64,000 nt of DNA, from IMG/VR virus record IMGVR_UViG_3300031992_000029, positions 32,001 to 96,000 of that record. One strand, written 5' to 3'. Below are positions 33,255-41,199 of the stretch, in pieces (the first letter of the stretch is position 1; each line of letters opens with the position of its first letter). Made by a program: the position numbers and the translations under genes. A model generated the notes under the pieces. It did no database searches. It had not been told where the DNA came from and saw nothing but the letters and a program-made list of their open reading frames with translations. The DNA comes from a virus. Lineage: Duplodnaviria; Caudoviricetes.

Positions 33255-33298
33255 AAAAAAGCAGACCTTGCATTACAGCTTGGTCTGCTTTCTTTTTC
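33255..33298. terminator. Bidirectional terminator ending the late operon
   Basis: AAAGCAGACC...GGTCTGCTTT flanked by A and T tracts. Confidence 0.75.
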
Positions 33299-33453
33299 CT
33301 TATTATCTGCCTCAGAAAGCCTTCATTTATCCCTGTACAGACGTTTTTATTATCTTCGTGAGTACTTGTTAGGCTGTGATATAAAGCCTCTTAGAATCGA
33401 TATTTGAGCCTTAAAATCGACTGTGTGTTTGTTTGTAAGCTGAGCACGTTCAG

Positions 33454-33801
33454 TTGCGTAAACTTATCAGAAGGTCAAAACCATACGCAGTTACGCAATC
33501 TTATACGCAATTAATACGCAACACACATCGATTTGTAGTCATATGATACCTTGTGGTATAAGCCAGTAGCTTAATAGTATTGTGCATTTTACACTATAAA
33601 AACGCAGTTTTATAACGATTCTCTAGTGTAAAAGCGGATATACAAGAAGTTATTTTGCACTGACCTGAATTGCTAAGTTGCCATCAGAACGGCTTAACTA
33701 CGTCGATTTCGCGAAATCGTACGCAAGTCTTACGCAACTCATACATATCTATAGTCAATATGATGAAAAAATGCGTACGCAATTTGTGACTTTTTACGCA
33801 A
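33454..33801. other. Putative attP with TACGCAA arm-type repeats
   Basis: Seven exact TACGCAA (33492, 33504, 33515, 33720, 33731, 33776, 33795), one TACGCAG (33484) and one inverted copy (33454) next to the integrase 3' end. Confidence 0.7.
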
Positions 33802-34996
33802 GTAGGTCTCCGGCTTTGAGTACGGCTTCATTAGTTTTATCTTCTAGCACATGTGTGTAAGAAACTGTAGTACTATAATTTGCGTGACCCATTATATTTT
33901 GTATAACAAGTGGGTCTAGTCCTTTCTCAAAGCATCTTGTAGCAAATGTGTGGCGAAATGCGTGCGGATAAATGTGCTCAAACACTCTTGGCTCTCTGCC
34001 CTCTATGAATGCAGTTCTCGATTCGTTAAGATTTATATTATCTTCCACACGTTTCATGTCGTGGATAATATTATATCTTGTGACCGGTGAGCCGAATGTG
34101 GTTGTAAACACTAAGTCTCCAAGCGACGGGTCTGCTCTCCATCTGCTACCTAGTTTCTTCTTATATATATCCTGTTTCTTTTTCCAGTCTTTAAAGAATT
34201 GTTCTACGTCACCAAAGAAAGGTATATCTCTATACGAGTTAGCTGTTTTTGGCGTTGTAAGTTCGAGAATCTTTTTGCCGTCAAGGTATCCTGTTTGCAT
34301 GGATCGACGGATGTGAATCTTTTTTCTTTGGAAGTCTACATCGCCCCACTGTAATCCAGAGAACTCTCCGATTCTCATGCCTGTTAACAGTAGTATCCTA
34401 TACATCTCACGATAGTAGCTAGTCTCAGTAGCTTTTAAAAGTGCGTCTTGTTCCCAGTGGCTCAGTACCCTACGTTCTTTCATAGCCTCATTTTCGTCTC
34501 TAATGCTTATTCCAACGATAGGATTAAACACTATTATCTTATTGGCTATTGCGCTGTCAAAGCATTCTCTTAGTTGGCTTAGCGCCTCACTCAGTCCTCT
34601 GCTAGAGTAGTTTCCTATATCAGCAAGTTCGTTGGTCGCATCCTGTATATTCATTTGGCTTATATCTTTTAATAATTTATTGCCAAGTATTTTAATATAC
34701 GTGTTATCAACTCTTCTTCTATAGGTTTTCCTGCTTATCTCTGACTTTAATTGCCTCGACTTGCATTTTTCAAACCACTCATCAAACCAACTCTTTAACG
34801 TAAGATCTGGTCTTATCCCTTTCTCATCTCTTAACAGCCTCGCTTTCTCTTCTTCGAAACTCTTCTTTAAAGCTGGTAACGACATATTATATATGTCAAT
34901 TTTCTTGCCGTTTACTACGGCTCTGGCTTCATACCTCCCGTCTGGACGTTGACTAAAACCACGTCCGAGTTCCTTGCCTGTTAAATCCTTTCCCAT
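33794..34996 (-). CDS. int: Tyrosine integrase
   Basis: TGMRIGE, TPKT, HAFRHTFATR, MGHANYSTTVSY; N-terminal arm-binding domain. Confidence 0.95.
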   Translation of the reverse strand: MGKDLTGKELGRGFSQRPDGRYEARAVVNGKKIDIYNMSLPALKKSFEEEKARLLRDEKGIRPDLTLKSWFDEWFEKCKSRQLKSEISRKTYRRRVDNTYIKILGNKLLKDISQMNIQDATNELADIGNYSSRGLSEALSQLRECFDSAIANKIIVFNPIVGISIRDENEAMKERRVLSHWEQDALLKATETSYYREMYRILLLTGMRIGEFSGLQWGDVDFQRKKIHIRRSMQTGYLDGKKILELTTPKTANSYRDIPFFGDVEQFFKDWKKKQDIYKKKLGSRWRADPSLGDLVFTTTFGSPVTRYNIIHDMKRVEDNINLNESRTAFIEGREPRVFEHIYPHAFRHTFATRCFEKGLDPLVIQNIMGHANYSTTVSYTHVLEDKTNEAVLKAGDLLA

Positions 34997-35044
34997 AACT
35001 TATCTCCTTTCGGTTATAAATTATCGTACTCAGCTTACACACAT

Positions 35045-35073
35045 ATTGTATCATATGTTTAGATTTATATCAA
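35045..35073 (-). promoter_or_regulatory. Sigma-A-type promoter of integrase
   Basis: TTGATA-17 bp-TACAAT with TG extension. Confidence 0.7.
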
Positions 35074-35294
35074 CTATTTTGTTTTTCGCCAGCCTGTTCA
35101 TCGGCTGGCGTTTCTTTCTCCTCATCCTGTTCGGGTTGTGGCTCCTCGTATTCTTCTGTTTCTCCGATATTGCTAGAGGCCACTATCTCAGTGGCCTCTT
35201 TTAATGCAGCAAAAAACATTTTTAATCTTTGAGGGTCTCCAACAATATGCAGGTCTCTTAAATCAATCCATTTTAAAATTTCTTGCTTTGTTAT
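35070..35294 (-). CDS. 74-aa acidic-tailed ORF with ATA start, not in the ORF track
   Basis: GAGGTGA RBS, then ATA ACA AAG CAA GAA ATT...AAT AGT TGA; fills the pncB-int gap. Confidence 0.5.
   Translation of the reverse strand: MTKQEILKWIDLRDLHIVGDPQRLKMFFAALKEATEIVASSNIGETEEYEEPQPEQDEEKETPADEQAGEKQNS
35087..35203 (+). terminator. Two + strand terminator-like hairpins
   Basis: CGCCAGCC-8-GGCTGGCG+TTTCTTTC (35087-35110) and AGAGGCCACT-5-AGTGGCCTCT+TTT (35175-35199). Confidence 0.6.
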
Positions 35295-35315
35295 ATAATC
35301 ACCTCATTCAACACA

Positions 35316-36551
35316 TTAATCTTTATGCGTTAGTCGCCATTCCACAGAACGTTTTAGATAATCCACATACTCATCATCTTTACACATACCTTTGCCTGGT
35401 GTATCAGATATTTTTGCAACAGGTCCGCCATTGCACATAGTAGCTTTCATTACGATATTAAGTGGCTCAACGCACGTATCATTTGCAATGTAGGTACCAA
35501 TACCAAACGCTACATGGCATCTATCTGCAAAGTACTTATAAATTTCTGCAGCTCTATCAAAGTCTAGGCTATCACTAAACAACAGTGTCTTTGTCTTTGG
35601 ATCAATACCAAAGGATTCATACTTTTTAATAATCTTCTCTCCCCATTCATATGGGTCGCCGCTATCCTGTCTTACTCCAGAGAACAGGGTTGCATATGTG
35701 ATATCAAAGTCTCGCAGGAATACATCTGTCCCAAGCGTGTCTGTAAGAGCGATACCGTTCATTGTTTTGTATTCTTTCACCCACGCATCCAGCGCAAATC
35801 TGTTACCGTACGCTACGTTGTACTGTTTCATCCCCTGCATAGCCATGATAAACTCATGGGCGATTGTACCTTTAGCAAGATCATAAATACCGAAATCATT
35901 CATAAGTTTTGCGATATGGACGTTAGATGTGCCAACGATGCAGGACTCACTAGTCTTTTTGAAGTGCTTAGAATAGTAGAACATCTTAATAGCTTCGAGT
36001 TGTGCTTCGTAAGATAACCTTCTTCTTGTGCCAAACTCGCTAAACTGTCCAATAATAATCTCGTTATCATCAAGCCTTCTAACCTTTTCAACTAGCTTAT
36101 CGTTAAAACTTTTGATCAGTTTATCGTAGTCATATTCCATTCTGAAATACACTTCATTCACGATAGCAAGAATTGGGACTTCGTACATTGTAGTATTCAG
36201 CCAACTGCCTTTAGCTTCGATTGCTAGGCCACATGGAGCGTCATCTGTTATTTCAATATCATCGAGTTTCGGACGCCACATACGTAGGAAGTTCAGGTAG
36301 CCAGCTTTAAGCCAGGGATAATTAAGTTCAAGATATTTAATCTCGTCATCATTAAAACGTAAGTCGCAGAACGCTTGCACTTGTTCTTTGATTTCTTGAA
36401 CCATCTCACCTGTGAAGTGTACGTTCTCGTTTCTGCACTTGAACGTCCACGTCATCATAAAGTCAGGGAACTGACTGTAGATGCATTGGCCCATATTGAA
36501 TTTATACAAATCAGTATCGAGAAGACTTTGGATCATTCTAGGAAAAATCAT
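35316..36551 (-). CDS. pncB: Nicotinate phosphoribosyltransferase
   Basis: SLLDTDLYK, EFGTRRR, GTSNV, GTIAHE, LTDT, RQDSGDP, FSDSLD, FGIGT, KISD; likely start ATG 36551 overlapping the pncA stop. Confidence 0.92.
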   Translation of the reverse strand: MIFPRMIQSLLDTDLYKFNMGQCIYSQFPDFMMTWTFKCRNENVHFTGEMVQEIKEQVQAFCDLRFNDDEIKYLELNYPWLKAGYLNFLRMWRPKLDDIEITDDAPCGLAIEAKGSWLNTTMYEVPILAIVNEVYFRMEYDYDKLIKSFNDKLVEKVRRLDDNEIIIGQFSEFGTRRRLSYEAQLEAIKMFYYSKHFKKTSESCIVGTSNVHIAKLMNDFGIYDLAKGTIAHEFIMAMQGMKQYNVAYGNRFALDAWVKEYKTMNGIALTDTLGTDVFLRDFDITYATLFSGVRQDSGDPYEWGEKIIKKYESFGIDPKTKTLLFSDSLDFDRAAEIYKYFADRCHVAFGIGTYIANDTCVEPLNIVMKATMCNGGPVAKISDTPGKGMCKDDEYVDYLKRSVEWRLTHKD

Positions 36552-37159
36552 TCTTCTGACGCCTTTCTCCACGGTTCTTTTCCGTGGTTTAAAACCTCAA
36601 CCATAATTGCCTGCATAGCCTTAATTGCTGTATCGTGAGATTCTGGTGTGACTCCTGCACAACATGCGGCATCAACAACAATATGCGCGTTTGGAAGTGC
36701 CGTCTTTGCAATCACCGCATTACTAATTACGCAAATATCTGTACACAGACCAACCAGTTCTATAGTAATTCCATTGCCATATTCGCTATCGCTGTCAGTC
36801 GTATCGGACGATCTGTAGCGAAGAGCTTCAATAAGATTGTCAGCACCGAATGTTGGCTTTCTTATAACCCAAGAATTATACCCCTTACCAGCATCGGCTT
36901 GTTCGAGCAATCCATCTTTAATCATCCAGCCATGTGTACAGAAAATACAATGCTTTACTGGTAGATTTCTGCCCTCTTCTGTTTCTAAATAATCAGAAGA
37001 GTAGTGCGTATCTTGAGTAAACAAAATGATATCGTCGTTATAATTGTATTCATGAATCTTTTTTGCGACATTATCAACAATTGCTTCTGCCATTGGACTT
37101 CCTAACGCTCCGTCTATAAAGTCGTTTTGCATATCAACTACAATAAGTATCTTCTTCAT
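36548..37159 (-). CDS. pncA: Nicotinamidase (isochorismatase family)
   Basis: VVDMQNDF, TQDTH, PVKHC, KPTFG, GLCTDICV. Confidence 0.88.
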   Translation of the reverse strand: MKKILIVVDMQNDFIDGALGSPMAEAIVDNVAKKIHEYNYNDDIILFTQDTHYSSDYLETEEGRNLPVKHCIFCTHGWMIKDGLLEQADAGKGYNSWVIRKPTFGADNLIEALRYRSSDTTDSDSEYGNGITIELVGLCTDICVISNAVIAKTALPNAHIVVDAACCAGVTPESHDTAIKAMQAIMVEVLNHGKEPWRKASEE

Positions 37160-37550
37160 TAGTTTCCTTTCCTTCTATGTGTGAACAAATTGTATTGTAT
37201 AATATGACGAACAGCTCTTCTGACGGAATCCACACGTATTTTTCGATTGCATAACGGATGTCAGTTACTGCTATCAAATTTGTTTTAGATTGAAACGTTA
37301 TTATATCTCTATAATCATGGTACAGAGCTGATCCAATACGGAAAATTAATGGATTACCATATATGACTGAAGTAATTGGAGTTCTACCAGTAATTAAGCT
37401 AACCAATATATCAACTGGTATTTCAGCTCTTTTCGACAGCTCGTCTATTGTTATGTCGTTTTTACACATGGCATCTAGTATATTATAGGTAACTATTATT
37501 TTAAATTCATCTAGTCCGTCCAGAGGTCTATAAAACGTCATTTCTACCAC
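37134..37550 (-). CDS. XRE/Cro-like HTH protein
   Basis: ITIDELSKRAEIPVDILVSLITG. Confidence 0.55.
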   Translation of the reverse strand: MVEMTFYRPLDGLDEFKIIVTYNILDAMCKNDITIDELSKRAEIPVDILVSLITGRTPITSVIYGNPLIFRIGSALYHDYRDIITFQSKTNLIAVTDIRYAIEKYVWIPSEELFVILYNTICSHIEGKETNEEDTYCS

Positions 37551-37728
37551 CTACTGCAAAGTTACTTACAATATAGCATTCGTCAGTACAAACTGTACTG
37601 TGATAATCTTTGAAAAATTTATAGCAACTATTTGCTGCTAAATAGTTATCAAATACCGTGACAACTGGTTCTTCGCCGCTATCACAATACGTCACTACCC
37701 ACACAGTCCTGTTCTGTCTCCTCATCAA
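37528..37728 (-). CDS. Hypothetical protein
   Basis: ORF in co-oriented operon. Confidence 0.6.
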   Translation of the reverse strand: MMRRQNRTVWVVTYCDSGEEPVVTVFDNYLAANSCYKFFKDYHSTVCTDECYIVSNFAVGGRNDVL

Positions 37729-37891
37729 ATATATCCTCTTGCATTAACAATTTTCTGATTAGCCTCTTACCAGTCTCATACCTCATCTTCTTACCAAACC
37801 ATGCGATATACTTACATTTAGCTGTCTTCTTGTCACAGCCGTTATTTACATAGTTATGTCTTGCCTTACGTTTCTGTGCTTCGCTACTCAT
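37682..37891 (-). CDS. Basic hypothetical protein (start MSSEAQK)
   Basis: GGAGG RBS; ATGA coupling to upstream 51-aa ORF. Confidence 0.5.
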   Translation of the reverse strand: MSSEAQKRKARHNYVNNGCDKKTAKCKYIAWFGKKMRYETGKRLIRKLLMQEDIFDEETEQDCVGSDVL

Positions 37892-38043
37892 CTCATGTTG
37901 TCCTCCATTATTAGAGCACATGTTTTAAGTTCATCTGCAATCGAAATCAATCTATTTGCTTCATGAATCTCCATGTGACAATCAATCACATAATACATTG
38001 CGAGTTCGTATAAGTCCGTTACTATATCTTGTAAATTTTTCAT
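37888..38043 (-). CDS. 51-aa hypothetical protein (MKNLQDIVTDLYE...)
   Basis: Read manually; below the ORF-track cutoff; GGTGG RBS. Confidence 0.5.
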   Translation of the reverse strand: MKNLQDIVTDLYELAMYYVIDCHMEIHEANRLISIADELKTCALIMEDNMR

Positions 38044-38112
38044 GATAAACCACCATATATTGTGTATGTAGTGTGAATGAAATCTGCCTTTTATATATAT
38101 GCCTTTACTGCG

Positions 38113-38328
38113 TTACTCGGGTTGATGCTGTTCCCACCATTTTCTTTTGACTTCTTCTACTACCGGCTTAATATCATCGTGGAAATAACCGTCTGCTTTT
38201 TCGATGGCATAGATTATCTCTATCAGTGCTGATTCTGTATTTCCGTTACGAATAGAGCGAATGGCATTATTAAGCATGTCGCAAGATGGATATTTGCCGA
38301 ACCTTGCATTCTTCTTTTTAAAAAACAT
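38113..38328 (-). CDS. Hypothetical protein
   Basis: AGGAG RBS. Confidence 0.65.
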   Translation of the reverse strand: MFFKKKNARFGKYPSCDMLNNAIRSIRNGNTESALIEIIYAIEKADGYFHDDIKPVVEEVKRKWWEQHQPE

Positions 38329-38340
38329 AAAACGCTCCTA

Positions 38341-38814
38341 TTAAGGCGCAATATAATGATGTGAAACATATACTATTACATCGCTTAGCACATCATGTAT
38401 GTTGTTTGCATAAGTGAATATTCTTATTGCCTCAGCTTTGATCCACGGATGAATATTTTCAAGTGTCGACTCTTTTGCAATGCCTATAATCGGAATATGT
38501 AATTCGTAGGCAAGCATAAGTTCTTGTGCAGTACCTATGCTATCGAGTTTGTTTAAATTGACTATTACAAAATCAGAGGTACGTAGATGTGACAAACAAA
38601 ATTCCATTCCCTCTTTTTCTTCACTATCGGAGCTACATCCATTTGGATTAAAATGCGCTACAGGATTTACAATGATACAATTTTCATGGCTTGAGTAAAA
38701 GTCACATATTGCCTCACGCCACTTAGAACTTTCATCGTCGCTTAGACCAGTAATCCCACCGGACAAAAATATTTTAAATTTGTTATCCATACGATTCCTT
38801 ATGTATTTACTCAC
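38341..38814 (-). CDS. Nucleoside 2-deoxyribosyltransferase-like protein
   Basis: IFLSGGITG, NP, SDFVIVNL, SIGTAQEL..AYELHIPII. Confidence 0.75.
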   Translation of the reverse strand: MSKYIRNRMDNKFKIFLSGGITGLSDDESSKWREAICDFYSSHENCIIVNPVAHFNPNGCSSDSEEKEGMEFCLSHLRTSDFVIVNLNKLDSIGTAQELMLAYELHIPIIGIAKESTLENIHPWIKAEAIRIFTYANNIHDVLSDVIVYVSHHYIAP

Positions 38815-39163
38815 TAATTAAATCCCTGTCATATTTGCGTTTATAGTCTGCAAATATTCCGCTTATTTCCAAATCTAACTGGTACTGATCCAATTGCCCA
38901 CTTACACCATCTTTCCGATTCTTCCTGCTTTTTTGGTATGCGTTGTATAATTCTTGTATAAATACGTGAAGGTCGTTGTCGTCCTGGCTCATGTCTGGTG
39001 CTTTTGAAAATATAAGCCTCTCTCTAATGTCAACGCTGTCAAAAGAGAAAATGCCGCTACCGATATTTACGTGGTACTTCGGTGACAGGAAAGCGCTGTC
39101 GCTTTCTATTCTTGTTATCTCTCCTTTAACAAGTACCTTATCACCAATTTTATACTTGTTCAT
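38807..39163 (-). CDS. Hypothetical protein with SH3/KOW-like N-terminus
   Basis: YKIGDKVLVKGEI. Confidence 0.6.
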   Translation of the reverse strand: MNKYKIGDKVLVKGEITRIESDSAFLSPKYHVNIGSGIFSFDSVDIRERLIFSKAPDMSQDDNDLHVFIQELYNAYQKSRKNRKDGVSGQLDQYQLDLEISGIFADYKRKYDRDLISE

Positions 39164-39180
39164 AATTGTCTCCTTGTGGT

Positions 39181-39621
39181 TTAATTACCAGTGCTTCCAA
39201 AGCCACCATTTCCTCTATCAGTTTCACTAAGCTGATCGACTTCGTTAAATGATACGTCCAAAATAGGGATGAATATGAGCTGTGCGATTCTATCGCCGTT
39301 ATTAACTTTTCTAGGAATGTCTGTATCGTTATGTAATGCTACGATTATTTCTCCTCTGTAATCAGAATCAATTACACCGACGCAATTCGCCAGTCTTAAT
39401 CCCTGCTTTGTTGCAAGCCCGCTTCTGGGAAAAATTCCCCCGATTGCATCATCAGGCACTTCCATAGCCACACCTGTCTTGACCATCACAGTGGAGTGTG
39501 CCGGGATATATACCTTATTAACTACATGGGCATACAGATCAAAACCGCCAGCTTTCTCGGTGCCCTTAGTTGGAACAATTGAATCTTCGTATAATTTCTT
39601 AATGTTTACGTCTACTTTCAC
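39181..39621 (-). CDS. dut: Trimeric dUTPase
   Basis: AGGFDL, PRSGLA, GVIDSDYRGE, GDRIAQL, RGNGGFGSTG. Confidence 0.97.
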   Translation of the reverse strand: MKVDVNIKKLYEDSIVPTKGTEKAGGFDLYAHVVNKVYIPAHSTVMVKTGVAMEVPDDAIGGIFPRSGLATKQGLRLANCVGVIDSDYRGEIIVALHNDTDIPRKVNNGDRIAQLIFIPILDVSFNEVDQLSETDRGNGGFGSTGN

Positions 39622-39629
39622 TATGTCTC

Positions 39630-40094
39630 CTATTTAATACATACAAGAATTTCAATATCTGTGTCTTCGAATGTTTTCTTGATGAGTCTTGATACGACAT
39701 CCCATCTTAGCTTATCAAGACCACATCCGATTTTAGGCATTGCCAGCTTCTTAATTTTGTACTGGCTACAAAGTTTTTTCATTGCTCTGAGCGCTGCATA
39801 CATAGAGTCGTACTTAGGCTTATCGGAATATCTTCTCTTTGTTACAAGGTTCATTACGCCGTTCGCGTAAAGACAATCTCCATATTTACTTGGATCTACG
39901 ATGTCCCAAAAGTCTGTGTATCCTTTATATCTCTCTTTGAGTTGCTCTCTAAGACTGAATCTTTTTTCGAACTCAACTGCTATCCCAGCGCCAAGAGCAA
40001 AATCTGCACTAATGCAGTGCGCAAGAAAATATTCTTCTGGTACATCAAACAGATTCATTTTCTCTTCGTGATAAACCATATTCTTCTCCGTCAA
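39630..40094 (-). CDS. Macrodomain protein (TARG1/DarG-like)
   Basis: AHCISADFALGAGIA, NLVTK, MPKIGCGLDKLRW. Confidence 0.85.
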   Translation of the reverse strand: MTEKNMVYHEEKMNLFDVPEEYFLAHCISADFALGAGIAVEFEKRFSLREQLKERYKGYTDFWDIVDPSKYGDCLYANGVMNLVTKRRYSDKPKYDSMYAALRAMKKLCSQYKIKKLAMPKIGCGLDKLRWDVVSRLIKKTFEDTDIEILVCIK

Positions 40095-40156
40095 CAGTAA
40101 TCCACGACAGCGATACTATTATGAATGTAAAAAAGTACAGCGCCGCGATAAAATAT

Positions 40157-40450
40157 TTACTCGCCATCTGGCGTTTCTTTTTGGATGATGTCGAATTGTT
40201 CTTTATCTACGATTGCATATTTTCTACCATCTATCAGAGATAAGATGATCGACCCTTCTCCGTCATTAAGACTCCATGTGAATCCTGCAAATCCATCCTC
40301 TAGGAATGATTTAGAGCAGGAAATATGTTTCATAACAGCGATAATGCAATCAGTTGTTACTTCAATACGTCCCTTGTCTGAGAGCGTATCGTCTTTTTGT
40401 TTATAGCCAGTATAAATTTTTCCATCTTCACAACATCTAATTACTCTCAT
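40157..40450 (-). CDS. Hypothetical protein
   Basis: ATGA coupling, GGAGG RBS. Confidence 0.6.
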   Translation of the reverse strand: MRVIRCCEDGKIYTGYKQKDDTLSDKGRIEVTTDCIIAVMKHISCSKSFLEDGFAGFTWSLNDGEGSIILSLIDGRKYAIVDKEQFDIIQKETPDGE

Positions 40451-40641
40451 TTGAGGTCCTCCTTGGCATAGAGTTCTATCACCACATTATAAATAGGCAC
40501 TATATATTTCTTTCCATTCGTACCATAGATTTCATAAGAACGAGAATCTGTTCTTGAATAATCACTTATTGCGATTGTGCTCGTGCAGAGACCACAAAAG
40601 TTTATGTAGGCTACCCCAATACATTTTGGCTTTTCTTGCAA
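40447..40641 (-). CDS. Hypothetical protein
   Basis: AAGGAG RBS, TTG start. Confidence 0.55.
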   Translation of the reverse strand: MQEKPKCIGVAYINFCGLCTSTIAISDYSRTDSRSYEIYGTNGKKYIVPIYNVVIELYAKEDLK

Positions 40642-40719
40642 AATTATTATTCTCCTTAAAATTTCTAGCTATTTTGTAGGCATCCATTTCAAGTAATGGA
40701 AATTGCGACGTCCACATTA

Positions 40720-41199
40720 TTAACTAATCCTTTCGGCATATTGATTATCAGATGCCAGATTAACCCCTAATACATCATCCATATGCGACTCTTGTCCGGG
40801 GATATATCTTCCGAATTTGATAATCACATTCTCAAATTTCTGTAACTCTTGTATATATTCTGATATTTCGTCTTTGTTGTATCCTGTGTAGATCACTACA
40901 TCGTCGTCGCAGTTGTATGTATCTCTTAACATGCTAATGAATTCAAACACATCTTCCCAAGAATCGAATGGTTCAAGACCTTGCATAACCACTGCGCTAG
41001 TGATAAAATCCGACATGTATCTACATATTACTTCCCATGTCGGGATGTCGATATCCGGCTCCTTAGAAAGTTGACTGTTCTGACAAACAGAACAGCCAAA
41101 CTCTCTATCGCATTTGAAGTTGCAATAAGGGAATTCCAAAACCATAGATATCTTTTTGTAGTTAATCATGTCTTCGAAAATAATTCCCTTTAGTTTCAT
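40720..41199 (-). CDS. nrdG: Anaerobic RNR activating radical SAM protein
   Basis: CNFKC....C..C, GLEPF, IYTGY, KFGRY, SDNQ; follows nrdD. Confidence 0.85.
   Translation of the reverse strand: MKLKGIIFEDMINYKKISMVLEFPYCNFKCDREFGCSVCQNSQLSKEPDIDIPTWEVICRYMSDFITSAVVMQGLEPFDSWEDVFEFISMLRDTYNCDDDVVIYTGYNKDEISEYIQELQKFENVIIKFGRYIPGQESHMDDVLGVNLASDNQYAERIS

Noticed and set aside
33484-33801. TACGCAA repeats as a CRISPR array or replication iterons
   Set aside because: The repeats are only 7 bp and irregularly spaced, with no 30-40 bp spacers or cas genes; their position beside int fits arm sites.
34974-35440. + strand ORFs 34974..35204 and 35204..35440 as excisionase or membrane proteins
   Set aside because: They have no RBS, overlap the int promoter, terminators and pncB, and the - strand ATA ORF explains the region better.
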